The position numbers and the translations under genes are program-made. A DNA stretch of 62,337 nucleotides, filler included. It is 9 parts of 9 records of this genome, joined end to end, with 100 filler letters (N's around TTAATTAATTAA, not from the genome) between each part and the next. Parts side by side here need not be neighbours in the genome. Positions count along the whole stretch, not along the records: positions 18,867 to 24,600 come from SRR31147125_18004; positions 24,701 to 30,246 come from SRR31147125_18015; positions 30,347 to 39,723 come from SRR31147125_18018; 6 more parts are not named here. One strand, given 5' to 3'. This document shows, one piece after another, positions 22,221 to 32,812 of the stretch (position 1 is its first letter; every line of letters starts with the position of its first letter). The notes under the pieces were generated by a model, which was not told where the DNA came from, did not search any database, and saw only the letters and a list, made by a program, of their open reading frames with translations.

Positions 22221-24600
22221 TGGATTGCCTAAAGCATTTCAGAACTTCTATCATCGGCTGCTTGCTGTTGCCGACTGTATGGTCTTTTTCTGAGTCTCCT
22301 CCAAAGTCAGCAGTCACACCTGCTGAACTGGTTCGCACTATACGCAGTCGGGAGGACTGGCTGCATACATTCAAGACGCTGTATATCCACGCAGAAGTGG
22401 AGCCGGTTTCCAACTCTGAAACGCCCCAATCCGGCGAAAATACGGCTTCTCAAAAAGTCTTTTTGGAAGTTGCAATCGACACGCATCGCATACGTTATTA
22501 TCAAAACGACCCCTCTTATTGGCTGCAAGGAAAAGGTTTGGGACGGCAAAGAATTTCGAAGCTGGGAGAAATATTACAACCATCCGCAGAACAATTATAT
22601 TCTGAATAATACGCTTGATGGATCCTCTTACTTTAATGAATTGCTGTCATGCAATTTTGGCTGGCCCCGAACTCAACCTCATTCCTTCTGGTGGGATAAA
22701 AAAAATGTCGAATCATTGATGGAGTTGTATGGAAAGGCCGAAGATTTTACATCAGGGCCGATTCAAACGTATCGAGAGAAGACATGCTACCAGTTGAATT
22801 ACTGTAATCCGGAGCTTAACGGCCTGGCGTTTCGCTGGTTCGTGGGGGTCGATGACAACAACTTATATGGCATCCAGACGCTGCGAAACGGGGTTAAGAA
22901 TGTTGAACACTGGTTCGATGATTATCAGTCGGTTGCTGCTTCGGGGCGATTTCCGATGCGTCGGGGATGGATGTTCCATGAACAGGATGAAGCCTCGGGC
23001 GAACGTCTGACCCGATCCGAATATTGTGTGACAATTCGGGAATTTCGATTGAATAAGCCGCTGGATGACGAGCTTTTTGAGCTTGTGTTTCAGCCGGGGA
23101 TTAATATTCAGGATGTTCGGGCAGGTCAGGTCAGGGAATATACCCTGAGCGATAAAAAAGAGGTCAAAACCGGCTCTCAAACCGCCGCCGCGGAATGCGA
23201 AACGGTCTTCCAGAATCCCGCCGCTGAGATGTATACCGCCCAGCAGCACAACGGAGCCGATGGAAGGATGTCCGGCCGTCCCATGCCCGGCACATCACTG
23301 CGGGTCCATGAAATCGAGTTGCGTTTTACGCCGCCGCTGAATCTCGAGACGATTGAGTCGTCAAACGTCCGCTACGGCAAGCTGCAGTTCGAAGACGCCG
23401 GCAAATCTAAATTTAACTGTGCGCTCATCGGCAATCAGGGCGACGGATTTAATCAGACCTTTTATATTGACCTGAACCGCAACGGCCGGTGGGAAGAAAG
23501 CGAACGCCTGAAAGGGTTTGAACCCACCCGCAAAAGCGGCATGATGAAAACCTGGTTTGGGTATATCGACATCCCGCTGGTCAATGACAAAGGCACGGCG
23601 TACTCACACCGCGTCTTTGCCGTCTACAATCATTACGATCAGCTCTTTGTCGTTTCTCATTGCTGGAAGGAAGCGACGATTACAATCGGCGGCCAAAACA
23701 AAAAAGCCTTCCTCGTGGATTATAACTGTGACGGTCGATACAATTCGGGCCGGCCGGTTCTTGAGGAATACCTGTTTGGCGAAACGCCGAACGCCGATTA
23801 TGACTATCTGGCGTGGGATCGAAATGACAACGGCAAGCTGGACTATGACGAGTTTTGCCATATCGGCAGTTTATGTGTTGACGGCGATCGGATTTATCAG
23901 ATTGCGGCGGCGTCGGATGGGTCACAGATCGCTGTCATGCCGCTGAATGTGCCGAGCGGTCAATTACAGCTTCCCTGGCGGACGCCTGTGTCAGGCTGCG
24001 TGGTGAAAAGGGGCCGGTGACGATGAGTGATTTTAAGCAGGCTCGGGTTCTGCCGGTTGGCACCTATTATGTTGATTTTACTGTTTACTGTCTGCCCGGA
24101 GAAAACGCCCCCGTTCGATTCAGTAAAGACGGCCGATATTTTCATGAGCCGTGGATCATTGAAGAAGGCAAGACGTTGACGATTCCGCGTGTGCTGCTGG
24201 ATAAAACCGCCAACGATGAAGCGGCCTACGAAGAGAAAATGGAAGCCTATCGACTGCGACAGGAACTGGCCCGTATCGATGCGATGGATAAAGAATTTAA
24301 TGCGTTGACGGGGGATGTGATCGCGGATTTTTCGGATTTTGAGTGCGGATGGATTTCAGATGGCTTCCGGGCGACCGTTGTTAGTATGCTTCTGGGATTA
24401 TCAGCAGCGACCGAGCCGCCATATCGTCGGCGAACTTGCCGTCAGGCAGACGCTGCTTGATGAATACGATGTGCAAACCCTACTGGTCCATGTCGGTCCG
24501 ATGACTCAGCAGGCCCGACAATGGATTAAATCCAAAGAAAGTTCTTTCCATGTGGGGCACATATCGAGACATGCGGACGAGGTTTTGAAAAAGTGGGGCA
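22220..24600 (+). CDS. Large secreted multidomain protein with DxNxD/NG Ca-binding-like motifs and a C-terminal Cys-less thioredoxin-like domain (several frameshifts, 3'-partial)
   Basis: TAATG coupling; signal peptide; DLNRNG, DYNCDG, DRNDNG motifs; CFWDYQQRPSRH near the contig end; ORFs 22220-22609, 22470-24020, 24017-24460 and 24339-end appear to be pieces of one gene. Confidence 0.55.
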
Positions 24601-24700
24601 NNNNNNNNNNNNNNNNNNNNNNNNNNNNNNNNNNNNNNNNNNNNTTAATTAATTAANNNNNNNNNNNNNNNNNNNNNNNNNNNNNNNNNNNNNNNNNNNN
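24601..24700. other. Artificial contig spacer
   Basis: N44-TTAATTAATTAA-N44. Confidence 0.99.
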
Positions 24701-24875
24701 AGCTCTTTTTTGCCCGGAAGATTAAAACCCTGAATTCCTGCTTGCGGTGTGTGGCGGGTCGGAGGTACATTAACCTTAGTATTTTTTAAATGTATCCTGA
24801 GCCAGTGGTTGGATCGATTTTTTGCCGTTTCCCCACGGTGTTCCGGAGTCAGAAATGAGAAAGTCAGAGGTTCGT

Positions 24876-26975
24876 ATGTCTTATTTGTGTCGGATGATCG
24901 GTCGATATCTTCTCCTTGCCTTCATTGTCCTGCTCCCACTGAACAGCTGGGCGCAAGAGGCTGAGACCTTTGATACCAATCGAGCACGTCTGCTCGGCCA
25001 TATGCTGCAACAGCAGCTGAGCCGTAAACATTACAGTCAGAAGCCGACGGATGACGCTCTGTCGCATGTCGCTTTCGATCTTTACTTAAATCAGCTCGAT
25101 TTCCAGAAGCGCTTCCTGTTTCAGGATGATGTCACCCAACTGAAGAAGTATCGCAACGAAATCGATGATGCTCTCCGTCGCGGACGTCTGGATCTTCCCC
25201 TTCTCGGACGCCAATTGCTGAACCAGAGGATTGAGCAGATCCGCGATTTAAGCGCGACGCTTTTGAAGGAGCCGTTTGATCCGAACCTGGCCGAAGCGAT
25301 TGAAACCGATGAGGAAAAGCTGACGTTTGTCCAGAATGATTCAGAGCTGCGCGAGCGCTGGCGGAAGATTATCAAATTCCAGATCCTGTCCCGTTATCTC
25401 AATTTGCGGGAAGATGATATCGGCACCGATGATGATGGAAAACTGCTTCCGGTGGATGACACGCAGCATGAAGAATTGCTTGTCAAGGCGGTTGAGAAAG
25501 TTGGAAAAACCAATGATAGCCTCTTCACCCGGATGCTGGAGGAGTCAGAGCAGGACCACTATGACCGCTACCTGAACGCAATTTCACGCGCGTTTGATCC
25601 CCACACCGGCTATCTGCCACCGACGTCGAAAGAGGATTTCGATATTCAGATGAGCGGCTCTCTGGAAGGGATCGGAGCCACCCTGCGTGAAGACGACGGA
25701 TACATCAAGGTCGTTCGCATTATTCCAGGCAGCGCAGCCTCACGCCAGGGTCAGCTGGAAGCCGATGACACGATTCTGAAGGTGGCCCAGGGGAAGGATG
25801 ATCCGGTCGATATTACCGACACCCGAATTCGCGATGCAGTGGCCCTGATCCGTGGAAAAAAGGGGACCGAGGTGCGCTTAACGGTCAAGAAGCCGGACGG
25901 ACGCCGTCTGGTGATCCCGATTGTGCGTGATGTTGTTGAGATCGAAGAAACGTTCGTTAAAGGAACGACAATTGAGGATGACGAGAGCGGTCAGCGCTTC
26001 GGCTATGTCAAGATTCCTTCCTTCTACCGGGATTACAGCGGGAAGACCGGGCGTAACTGTACCGATGATCTGCGTGAGGAACTGAAAAAACTGCGCAAGG
26101 AAAAGGTTGCGGGTCTGATCCTCGATCTGCGGAATAATGGTGGCGGGTCTCTGTCGGATGCTGTCAGCACAACCGGCCTGTTCATTAAAGAGGGGCCCGT
26201 GGTTCAGGTTCGCAGCGGTGCCGGAAACATTCGCGTGATGAAGGATGACGATCGCTCGGTGGAATATGAAGGGCCGATGATCGTCCTGGTCAACCGCTTC
26301 AGCGCATCGGCATCGGAGATTCTGGCCGGGGCTCTGCAGGACTATGGCCGTGCTTTGATCGTTGGCGATGCACATACGCACGGGAAGGGGACTGTTCAGG
26401 CGATGCTCGATCTGGACCGGTTCGTCAACCTGCGCGGGATGGACAAATACATGCCGCTCGGAGCGGTGAAGGTCACGATCCAGAAATTCTATCGGATCAG
26501 CGGCGAATCGACTCAGGAAAAGGGAGTTACCTCCGATATTATTCTGCCGTCACGTCTCGATGGATTGGAGAGCGGCGAGCAGTATCTTGATAATGCGCTT
26601 CCCTGGGACACGATCGATTCGGCAAAGTATGCACATTGGAACAACGCTGCCGAAAAGATTGACCGGTTGAACAAGCTGAGCCAGGAGCGGATTGCCGGCG
26701 ATGATGACTTCCAGGAGATCATCGAGGGGGCTGAGCAGGCCAAGCAGCGCAGGGAGGAAACCCTGCAATCGCTGAAGCTTGAAGAGATGCTCGCTGAGCG
26801 CGACAAGATCCGCGCCGAAGGCAATGGCATGGCACCGCACGGCCCCATGGCGTCCAAGGATGATGATGACACGGACGATGGCAAGGAAAAGACCCTGGCC
26901 GAAGAGATTGAAGACGATCCCTATGTTGAAGAAGGGATGGACCTGCTTCAAGATTACCTGAGATTGGCCAGCTGA
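24876..26975 (+). CDS. prc: Carboxy-terminal processing protease Prc/Tsp (peptidase S41A)
   Basis: DPHTGY, SLEGIGATL, PDZ, ILDLRNNGGGSL, SASASEILAGALQDYGRA, GKGTVQ, LDNALPWD. Confidence 0.95.
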   Translation: MSYLCRMIGRYLLLAFIVLLPLNSWAQEAETFDTNRARLLGHMLQQQLSRKHYSQKPTDDALSHVAFDLYLNQLDFQKRFLFQDDVTQLKKYRNEIDDALRRGRLDLPLLGRQLLNQRIEQIRDLSATLLKEPFDPNLAEAIETDEEKLTFVQNDSELRERWRKIIKFQILSRYLNLREDDIGTDDDGKLLPVDDTQHEELLVKAVEKVGKTNDSLFTRMLEESEQDHYDRYLNAISRAFDPHTGYLPPTSKEDFDIQMSGSLEGIGATLREDDGYIKVVRIIPGSAASRQGQLEADDTILKVAQGKDDPVDITDTRIRDAVALIRGKKGTEVRLTVKKPDGRRLVIPIVRDVVEIEETFVKGTTIEDDESGQRFGYVKIPSFYRDYSGKTGRNCTDDLREELKKLRKEKVAGLILDLRNNGGGSLSDAVSTTGLFIKEGPVVQVRSGAGNIRVMKDDDRSVEYEGPMIVLVNRFSASASEILAGALQDYGRALIVGDAHTHGKGTVQAMLDLDRFVNLRGMDKYMPLGAVKVTIQKFYRISGESTQEKGVTSDIILPSRLDGLESGEQYLDNALPWDTIDSAKYAHWNNAAEKIDRLNKLSQERIAGDDDFQEIIEGAEQAKQRREETLQSLKLEEMLAERDKIRAEGNGMAPHGPMASKDDDDTDDGKEKTLAEEIEDDPYVEEGMDLLQDYLRLAS

Positions 26976-27006
26976 TCGATTGGGAAATCCGACGATTAAT
27001 GTAACG

Positions 27007-27041
27007 AAAAGCCTGGCTGAGTCATTTCAGCCAGGCTTTTT
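27007..27041. terminator. Bidirectional Rho-independent terminator between convergent prc and znuA
   Basis: AAAAGCCTGGCTGA-GTCATT-TCAGCCAGGCTTTTT. Confidence 0.9.
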
Positions 27042-27042
27042 A

Positions 27043-27978
27043 TTATTTCAGCCCTTCAGCCAGATCGTCAGCCAGCCGGCTGAGCAATTGAAAGTAAGCA
27101 TCCTGGCCGGGAGGAATGTCGGCCCCGACCGGATCAAGCGTTCCTGTTTTGACTCCAGTCCCTTCGATGATGGTCGCGACGATTCGTGACTCGAATTGAG
27201 GTTCACTGAAGACGCAACGAGCGTTCGTGTCCTTCAGTTTGTGACGTATTTCCGAGATACGTTTTGCTCCGGGCTTCCTCTCTGGATCAATCGTGACCGA
27301 ACCAACAGGATTCAAGTCATAAGCCGCTTCAAAATATTGATAAGCAGCATGAAAGACCAGGTAGGGGGTGTTTTTAACCGGTTTGAGCTTCTCATGGATC
27401 TGTTTATCGAGTTGATCCAGGCGCGCAATGACCTTTGCTTCATTTTCCCGGTAGATTTTAGTATGTTGGGGGCCAAGCTGTACCAGTGCTTCGGCCGTTT
27501 CGGCGACAATCTTCTTTGCCAGATCTGGGTCAAGCCAGATATGAAGATCTGGAGTCGCTGTTTCGGCGTGATGGTCCTCAGTGTGATGGTCCTCAGTGTG
27601 ATTATGCATGTGTCTTTCCCACTGATCGCCTTGCCGTTTTGCCAGCAGATCTTCTTTCAGGTGATGAGCCAGAGCAAGCTGCTCGGCTTTGTGAGCGATT
27701 GTTTTGAGGGGTTTGACCAGAAAACTTTCAAGCTCATGGCCAACCCAGACAACCAGATCCGCATGGGCCAGAGCTCGTGCTTCGGACGGGCGCAGGCTGT
27801 ATCCATGTGGGGAACCTTTTTTTACCAGCAGCTCCGGGGTGCCCACGCCGGCCATGACCGCACTGACGAGCGAGTGTAAAGGCTTGATGCTGACAACAAC
27901 TTGTGGTGCTTCTGAGGCTGTCGCGTTGAACGGGGCAGCGTACAAAAGGGCCAACAATAAAATAAAAGCTCTGAGCAT
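27043..27978 (-). CDS. znuA: Zinc ABC transporter substrate-binding protein ZnuA
   Basis: VVVSIKPLHSL, SPHGYSLRPSE, His-rich loop, HIWLDP, FHAAYQYFE, CVFSEPQF. Confidence 0.95.
   Translation of the reverse strand: MLRAFILLLALLYAAPFNATASEAPQVVVSIKPLHSLVSAVMAGVGTPELLVKKGSPHGYSLRPSEARALAHADLVVWVGHELESFLVKPLKTIAHKAEQLALAHHLKEDLLAKRQGDQWERHMHNHTEDHHTEDHHAETATPDLHIWLDPDLAKKIVAETAEALVQLGPQHTKIYRENEAKVIARLDQLDKQIHEKLKPVKNTPYLVFHAAYQYFEAAYDLNPVGSVTIDPERKPGAKRISEIRHKLKDTNARCVFSEPQFESRIVATIIEGTGVKTGTLDPVGADIPPGQDAYFQLLSRLADDLAEGLK
27568..27600. repeat. 15-bp tandem duplication encoding HTEDH repeats in the ZnuA His loop
   Basis: GTGATGGTCCTCAGT x2. Confidence 0.8.
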
Positions 27979-28005
27979 GATGATTTCATCCTTTGAAAGT
28001 TTTAT

Positions 28006-28028
28006 GAAATGTTATAATGTAACATTTT
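28006..28028. promoter_or_regulatory. Zur box in the divergent znuA / zur-znuCB promoter
   Basis: GAAATGTTATAATGTAACATTTT closely matches the palindromic Zur consensus GAAATGTTATA-N-TATAACATTTC. Confidence 0.9.
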
Positions 28029-28065
28029 GATTGTCAACTATCTGTTTATGGATATTTAAAAACCT

Positions 28066-28548
28066 ATGAAATTTATCAACGGAGAGCATGATCACCAGCG
28101 TTGTATGGCTGATGCCATGAGTAACGCAGAACAGGTGTGTCAGCAGCGGAATCAGCGCTTTACCCGACTACGTCGACGTGTTTTTGAGCTGATCTGGCAA
28201 CAACATAAGCCGATCCGGGCCTATGATGTGTTGGAGCAATTGCAGAAAGACGGACGTGCGGCCCCGCCAACGGTTTACCGTGCCCTCGATTTCCTTCTGG
28301 AGTTGGGTCTGATCCACCGGATTGAATCACTCAACGCCTATGTCGGCTGTGTTGACCCTGGTCGTCATCATGAAGGGCAGTTCCTGATCTGCACGTCCTG
28401 CCATGCCTATGCCGAGCTGAATTCTGTGCCGATCCATAAAGCGATCAATGAGAGTGCAGAAGAGAGTGGATTTGAAGTTCATCAGCATACGGTTGAAATC
28501 ATGGGGCTGTGCCCACATTGCCGAAACAGCGAGGACTCCCATGAGTGA
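28066..28548 (+). CDS. zur: Zinc uptake regulator Zur (Fur family)
   Basis: APPTVYRALDFL, HRIESLNAYVGC, CTSC and CPHC motifs. Confidence 0.93.
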   Translation: MKFINGEHDHQRCMADAMSNAEQVCQQRNQRFTRLRRRVFELIWQQHKPIRAYDVLEQLQKDGRAAPPTVYRALDFLLELGLIHRIESLNAYVGCVDPGRHHEGQFLICTSCHAYAELNSVPIHKAINESAEESGFEVHQHTVEIMGLCPHCRNSEDSHE

Positions 28549-29296
28549 GGCGCTATTGTCTTTGTCCGAAATAAGCCTTGAGATCGGAGCCCATCTTCTT
28601 CTTGAAAATGTCGGTTTTGAACTTAATCGCGGTGAAATTGTCACAATTATTGGGCCAAACGGGGCGGGGAAAACAACTTTGCTGCGTGTGGCTCTGGAAT
28701 TACAGAAGCCGACTGCTGGAACGGTTCAGCGTTTTACCGGGGCGACGATTGGCTACATGCCACAGAAACTTCATCTTGATGCAACCTTTCCGCTAACGGT
28801 CAGGCGTTTTCTGACCTTGGGGAGTCGGGGCAACGAAGATAAGATTGAGCCATTGCTGGCTGAAGTGGGCGCCAGCCATGTCTTTAACTCTCCCATGCAG
28901 AGTATTTCTGGAGGAGAATTGCAGCGTGTCCTTCTGGCACGGGCTCTGGTGCGTGAACCGGACCTTCTGGTTCTGGATGAACCTGTTCAGGGTGTTGACG
29001 TTCATGGTCAGGTTGAGCTTTACCAGCTGATTGGACGCATTCGGGATCAGCGCGGCTGTGCAATTTTAATGGTATCGCACGATCTTCACCTGGTAATGGC
29101 CGCGACCGACCGGGTTTTGTGTCTGAATCGACATGTGTGCTGCAGCGGCACTCCGGAGGTGGTGACAAACGATCCTGCCTATGTCGAACTGTTCGGGAAA
29201 CACGCCGTTGAGCATTTGGCCGTGTATGTTCATGATCAGGGCCATCAGCATGATCAATGTCACGATTGCCACAAAGGGGGCGGGCATGCTGGATGA
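28541..29296 (+). CDS. znuC: Zinc ABC transporter ATP-binding protein ZnuC
   Basis: GPNGAGKTT, ISGGELQRVLLARAL, LDEP, CLNRHVCCSGTP, His-rich tail. Confidence 0.95.
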   Translation: MSEALLSLSEISLEIGAHLLLENVGFELNRGEIVTIIGPNGAGKTTLLRVALELQKPTAGTVQRFTGATIGYMPQKLHLDATFPLTVRRFLTLGSRGNEDKIEPLLAEVGASHVFNSPMQSISGGELQRVLLARALVREPDLLVLDEPVQGVDVHGQVELYQLIGRIRDQRGCAILMVSHDLHLVMAATDRVLCLNRHVCCSGTPEVVTNDPAYVELFGKHAVEHLAVYVHDQGHQHDQCHDCHKGGGHAG

Positions 29297-30077
29297 TTTT
29301 CTTCTCAGAGCCCTCGCGGGAGGTCTTGGCGTCGCCCTGGTGGCGGGTCCGTTCGGAGCGTTCGTGGTCTGGAGACGTCTTGCCTATTTTGGTGATACCC
29401 TGGCGCACTCCGCGTTGTTGGGTGTTGCCCTTGGATTTATTCTCCATGTAAATCTGACGGTTGGTGTTCTGGTCGTCTGTCAGGTTCTGGCGATTCTCCT
29501 GTTTGCCAGTCAGTTTCAACGCCATCTGGCCAGCGATACCATGCTCGGCATTCTGGCCCACGGTGCGTTGTCCCTTGGGTTGGTGGCTCTGGCCTTTATG
29601 GATGATGTCCGAATTGACCTGATCGGATACCTGTTCGGCGATATCCTGGCGATTGGTACGAGTGATCTGGTGTGGATCTTCTGCGCCGGGGGCTTTGCCC
29701 TGGTGGGTCTGATCATTTTGTGGCGGCCACTTCTGGCGATCACCATCCACGAGGATCTGGCGCGGGTCGAAGGTATTCCCGTCGATCGCGTGAACTGGAT
29801 GTTCCTCGGGCTGATCGCTCTGACTGTAGCCGTGATGATGAAAGTCGTTGGTATGCTCCTGGTGACCGCACTGCTGATCATCCCGGCAGCGACTGCGCGC
29901 CGCTTTTCAGCCAGTCCGGAAATGATGGCCGTTCTCGCTGTGATTATTGGCGGCCTGGATGTCTGTCTGGGCCTGTTTGGCTCCTATCAGTACGACACCC
30001 CCTCCGGGCCATCCATTGTCGTCGCCGGTTGCCTTCTTTTTATCCTCAGTCTGATTCTTCCTTCACGAAAAGCATAA
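29286..30077 (+). CDS. znuB: Zinc ABC transporter permease ZnuB
   Basis: VWRRLAYFGDTLAHSALLG, YLFGDILA, DTPSGPSIV. Confidence 0.95.
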   Translation: MLDDFLLRALAGGLGVALVAGPFGAFVVWRRLAYFGDTLAHSALLGVALGFILHVNLTVGVLVVCQVLAILLFASQFQRHLASDTMLGILAHGALSLGLVALAFMDDVRIDLIGYLFGDILAIGTSDLVWIFCAGGFALVGLIILWRPLLAITIHEDLARVEGIPVDRVNWMFLGLIALTVAVMMKVVGMLLVTALLIIPAATARRFSASPEMMAVLAVIIGGLDVCLGLFGSYQYDTPSGPSIVVAGCLLFILSLILPSRKA

Positions 30078-30089
30078 TAGCGGATGCTT

Positions 30090-30245
30090 TTATCGCATTT
30101 TTAATGCTAATTCAGACAGATTTTTTAGAACAGTCTGGATTTGTTCCTTGATTGTATCGTCCACAAGAGTTCCGTCTTTGGCAAACCCTCCAGCGAAGGC
30201 ATTGCAGAACACTTCCGGTTTGTTCAGCAGGTGAATATTCAGAAA
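30090..30245 (-). CDS. C-terminus of an NAD(P)H-dependent FMN reductase / ChrR-like flavoprotein (5'-partial)
   Basis: Manual translation FLNIHLLNKPEVFCNAFAGGFAKDGTLVDDTIKEQI...*; too short for the ORF track. Confidence 0.7.
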   Translation of the reverse strand, partial: FLNIHLLNKPEVFCNAFAGGFAKDGTLVDDTIKEQIQTVLKNLSELALKMR

Positions 30246-30246
30246 A

Positions 30247-30346
30247 NNNNNNNNNNNNNNNNNNNNNNNNNNNNNNNNNNNNNNNNNNNNTTAATTAATT
30301 AANNNNNNNNNNNNNNNNNNNNNNNNNNNNNNNNNNNNNNNNNNNN
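30247..30346. other. Artificial contig spacer
   Basis: N44-TTAATTAATTAA-N44. Confidence 0.99.
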
Positions 30347-31008
30347 GCGGTACGCTTCCGGCGCATCCGGAAAAAGCCGGCTGGATCGCCGCTTTGGGCG
30401 CCGTTACCCTCGGGTTGACCGTCCTGGTCGGGCTCTACTTTGTTTGGCTTCGGGGAGCCGGGCTGCTGCTGGTCGGCATCCCCGGCGTATTGGCTGTATC
30501 TCTCTACACCCGCTGGCTTACGCGGGCACCGTTTCTGTGTCTGCTCGCCCCCGGGGTCGGCTTCGGCCCTTGCATGGTCATGGGTGTTGATTTCGTTTTG
30601 ACCGGGACCTATGGCGCAACTGCCTTAGCCGCGTCGTTGACGCCCTTCTTCCTGGTGAGCAATCTGCTGCTGATCAACCAGTTTCCGGATATCGAGCCGG
30701 ATGCGCAGGTGGGACGGCGCCACCTGATGATCGCGTACGGTAGACGCACTGGCGCCGTCGTTTACGGGCTTTTCCTGGCAGGCACCTATTTTTCGGTGGC
30801 GGCTGCATGGCTGATGGGCTGGTTTCCTGCTACGGCGCTGATCGCCCTGTTGACCGCACCGCCGGCAGTAAAAACGGCAATAGGCGTGGCCAGACATTGC
30901 GAATTGGACCCTGCGGCGCTTCTGCCTTACATGGGGCACAACGTGATCATCACGCTTACTACTCCGGCCTTGTTGGCTGTCGGCCTTTTTGCCGGTCGTC
31001 TCTTTTAA
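30347..31008 (+). CDS. UbiA/MenA-family prenyltransferase (5'-partial)
   Basis: Multi-TM; NLLLINQFPDIEPDAQVGRRHL second Asp-rich motif. Confidence 0.85.
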
Positions 31009-31128
31009 AGGGACTAAAAATTCATTTCCGGTAGAAGCCGAACATGAGCCGAAGCTTCTTGTTACCCAGCGGTTTTGCGACGTTTACTTCCAAGTAAATA
31101 AAATCTATCTCATGGAAAGGAAGTTCTG

Positions 31129-31644
31129 ATGTTTACCATCGATAATTGGAGCAAGGAAAAGGTTCATGACGTCATGCGAGAAGTATTGTTCAGCTTCAAC
31201 TACATGTGGTTTCTCATGGAGTCATGGGCCAGGCAGCACTGCCCGGAGAAGGTTCACGGTGAAGAATTTATGCAGTTGTCGGACGAGTTCGGGCGCTACC
31301 AGGCACAACGGCTGGAAAAAGTGGTGGACGAGCGACTTGCCGGCGTGGATCGTTTGGCTGAATTCGTCAAACACTCCCATTGGTGCGCGTTCGAAGAGAT
31401 CGAGCTGACCCCGTTGTCCGACACGCGCCTCAGGATGCGCACGTTGGGATGCACAGCTCAGAAGGCGGCCCGCAAGTGGGGCTTGTCCCACTATGATTGC
31501 GGTGAGACCGGGTTGCGGTTGCGAGCGAGCTTTTTCAGCCATATTATCCCGACGGCCCGAGTCGAGCGTGTATTCACCCCTCCGGATGAACGTCCGGAAG
31601 ACGCGCCGGTCGAGGCGGCGTGCGAGTGGATCGTATCCATATAG
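31129..31644 (+). CDS. DUF6125-like (V4R-fold-related) protein
   Basis: Conserved Cys pattern GCTAQKA...DC...PPDERP...CEW; SD GGAAAGGA. Confidence 0.65.
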   Translation: MFTIDNWSKEKVHDVMREVLFSFNYMWFLMESWARQHCPEKVHGEEFMQLSDEFGRYQAQRLEKVVDERLAGVDRLAEFVKHSHWCAFEEIELTPLSDTRLRMRTLGCTAQKAARKWGLSHYDCGETGLRLRASFFSHIIPTARVERVFTPPDERPEDAPVEAACEWIVSI

Positions 31645-31661
31645 AGAGAAGAGAGGAACTT

Positions 31662-32482
31662 ATGGCACTGTCCGTCGTGGATTTATACAGCAAGGTGCTG
31701 CCGCGAACCAATTGCGGTGAGTGCGGTTACCCCACGTGCATGGCCTTTGCCGGCATGGTGGTCTCTAAAAAACTGCCCCTCAAAGGCTGTCCTTACCTTT
31801 CACCTGAAACGCTGGAACGTTGCCAACCGGAACTTGACGCCCAGCACGCCGCCGGCAAATGGACCCAGCGCGACATGTCCGCCGACGCCCTTGCCTGGGC
31901 AAAGGAACGGGCCGCCTCCATGGAATTGGTGGACCTGCCCGAACGGATCGGCGGCGAGCTGACCCGTGTGGATGGCGAACCGGTTCTGGTGCTGCCCTAT
32001 TTCAACGCCACCATCCACATCCATCGCGACCACATTCAGCGGCCTGACGGCAGTGAGCTGGGACGATGGGAGCAGGTCTTCATCTTCAACCACATGGCCC
32101 AGGGCGGTTCGAAGATGCCCACCGGACACTGGAAAGCTCTTCAGGAGATCCCCAATACCGTTTCCAAAATCAAGTCGATGCAGGCGCACGTGGAAGCGCC
32201 GCTGCGCGAACGTTTGCCGGGCATCCGGATCGACTGGCGGCTGCGGCCGGACGCATTGGCGGGAAGGATATCACGGCTGAAGTCGCTTCTGCCGATCTCG
32301 CCATTCGCTTCAACCCCTTGCCGCGAATACCGGTCATGTTGCTGTTCTGGGATGCGGATGCGGAAGGCGGATTCGAAGCAGAGGTCAAACTGTCGTTCGA
32401 CGAGACGATCACCGAGCACCTGGACATCGAATCCATTCTCTTTCTCAGCGAAACGCTGGCCGGGTTGCTGAAAAGCAATTGA
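31662..32482 (+). CDS. Fe-S cluster domain plus DUF3786 protein (frameshift near 32215)
   Basis: LPRTNCGECGYPTCMAFA...CPYL FeS domain; LPRIPVMLLFWDAD...FEAEVKLSFDETITEHLDIESI in the shifted frame. Confidence 0.85.
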
Positions 32483-32812
32483 GGTGCCAAAGTACCTTTT
32501 GAAGTGGCATTCCTTGGGAAACGGGTCTTCCCTCAGCGAATACCAAGGCCTGTACCAACGGTTGATTGACGATCTGCCCGACGGGTGGGTCAACACTGCC
32601 GACCACCAGGCAACCAGCAGGAAACACACCATTCTAAAGCCACCCCCAATCCCCCACGGCCAGGCAAAAGGAAAGATTCCAATCCAGCCGGATATCAAGT
32701 TGACATATAGGAGGGCCTTCAGGATACTTAAGTATGTGCGGACTTTTCCGATAAAGATCTAAGAGGCGCATTTGCAGAGTAAACATGCACGGCTGATTGA
32801 TCTGAGGTATGA

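Noticed and set aside
32484-32762. 92-aa ORF between the DUF3786 gene and the PAS kinase
   Set aside because: No clear SD or recognisable motif; probably spurious
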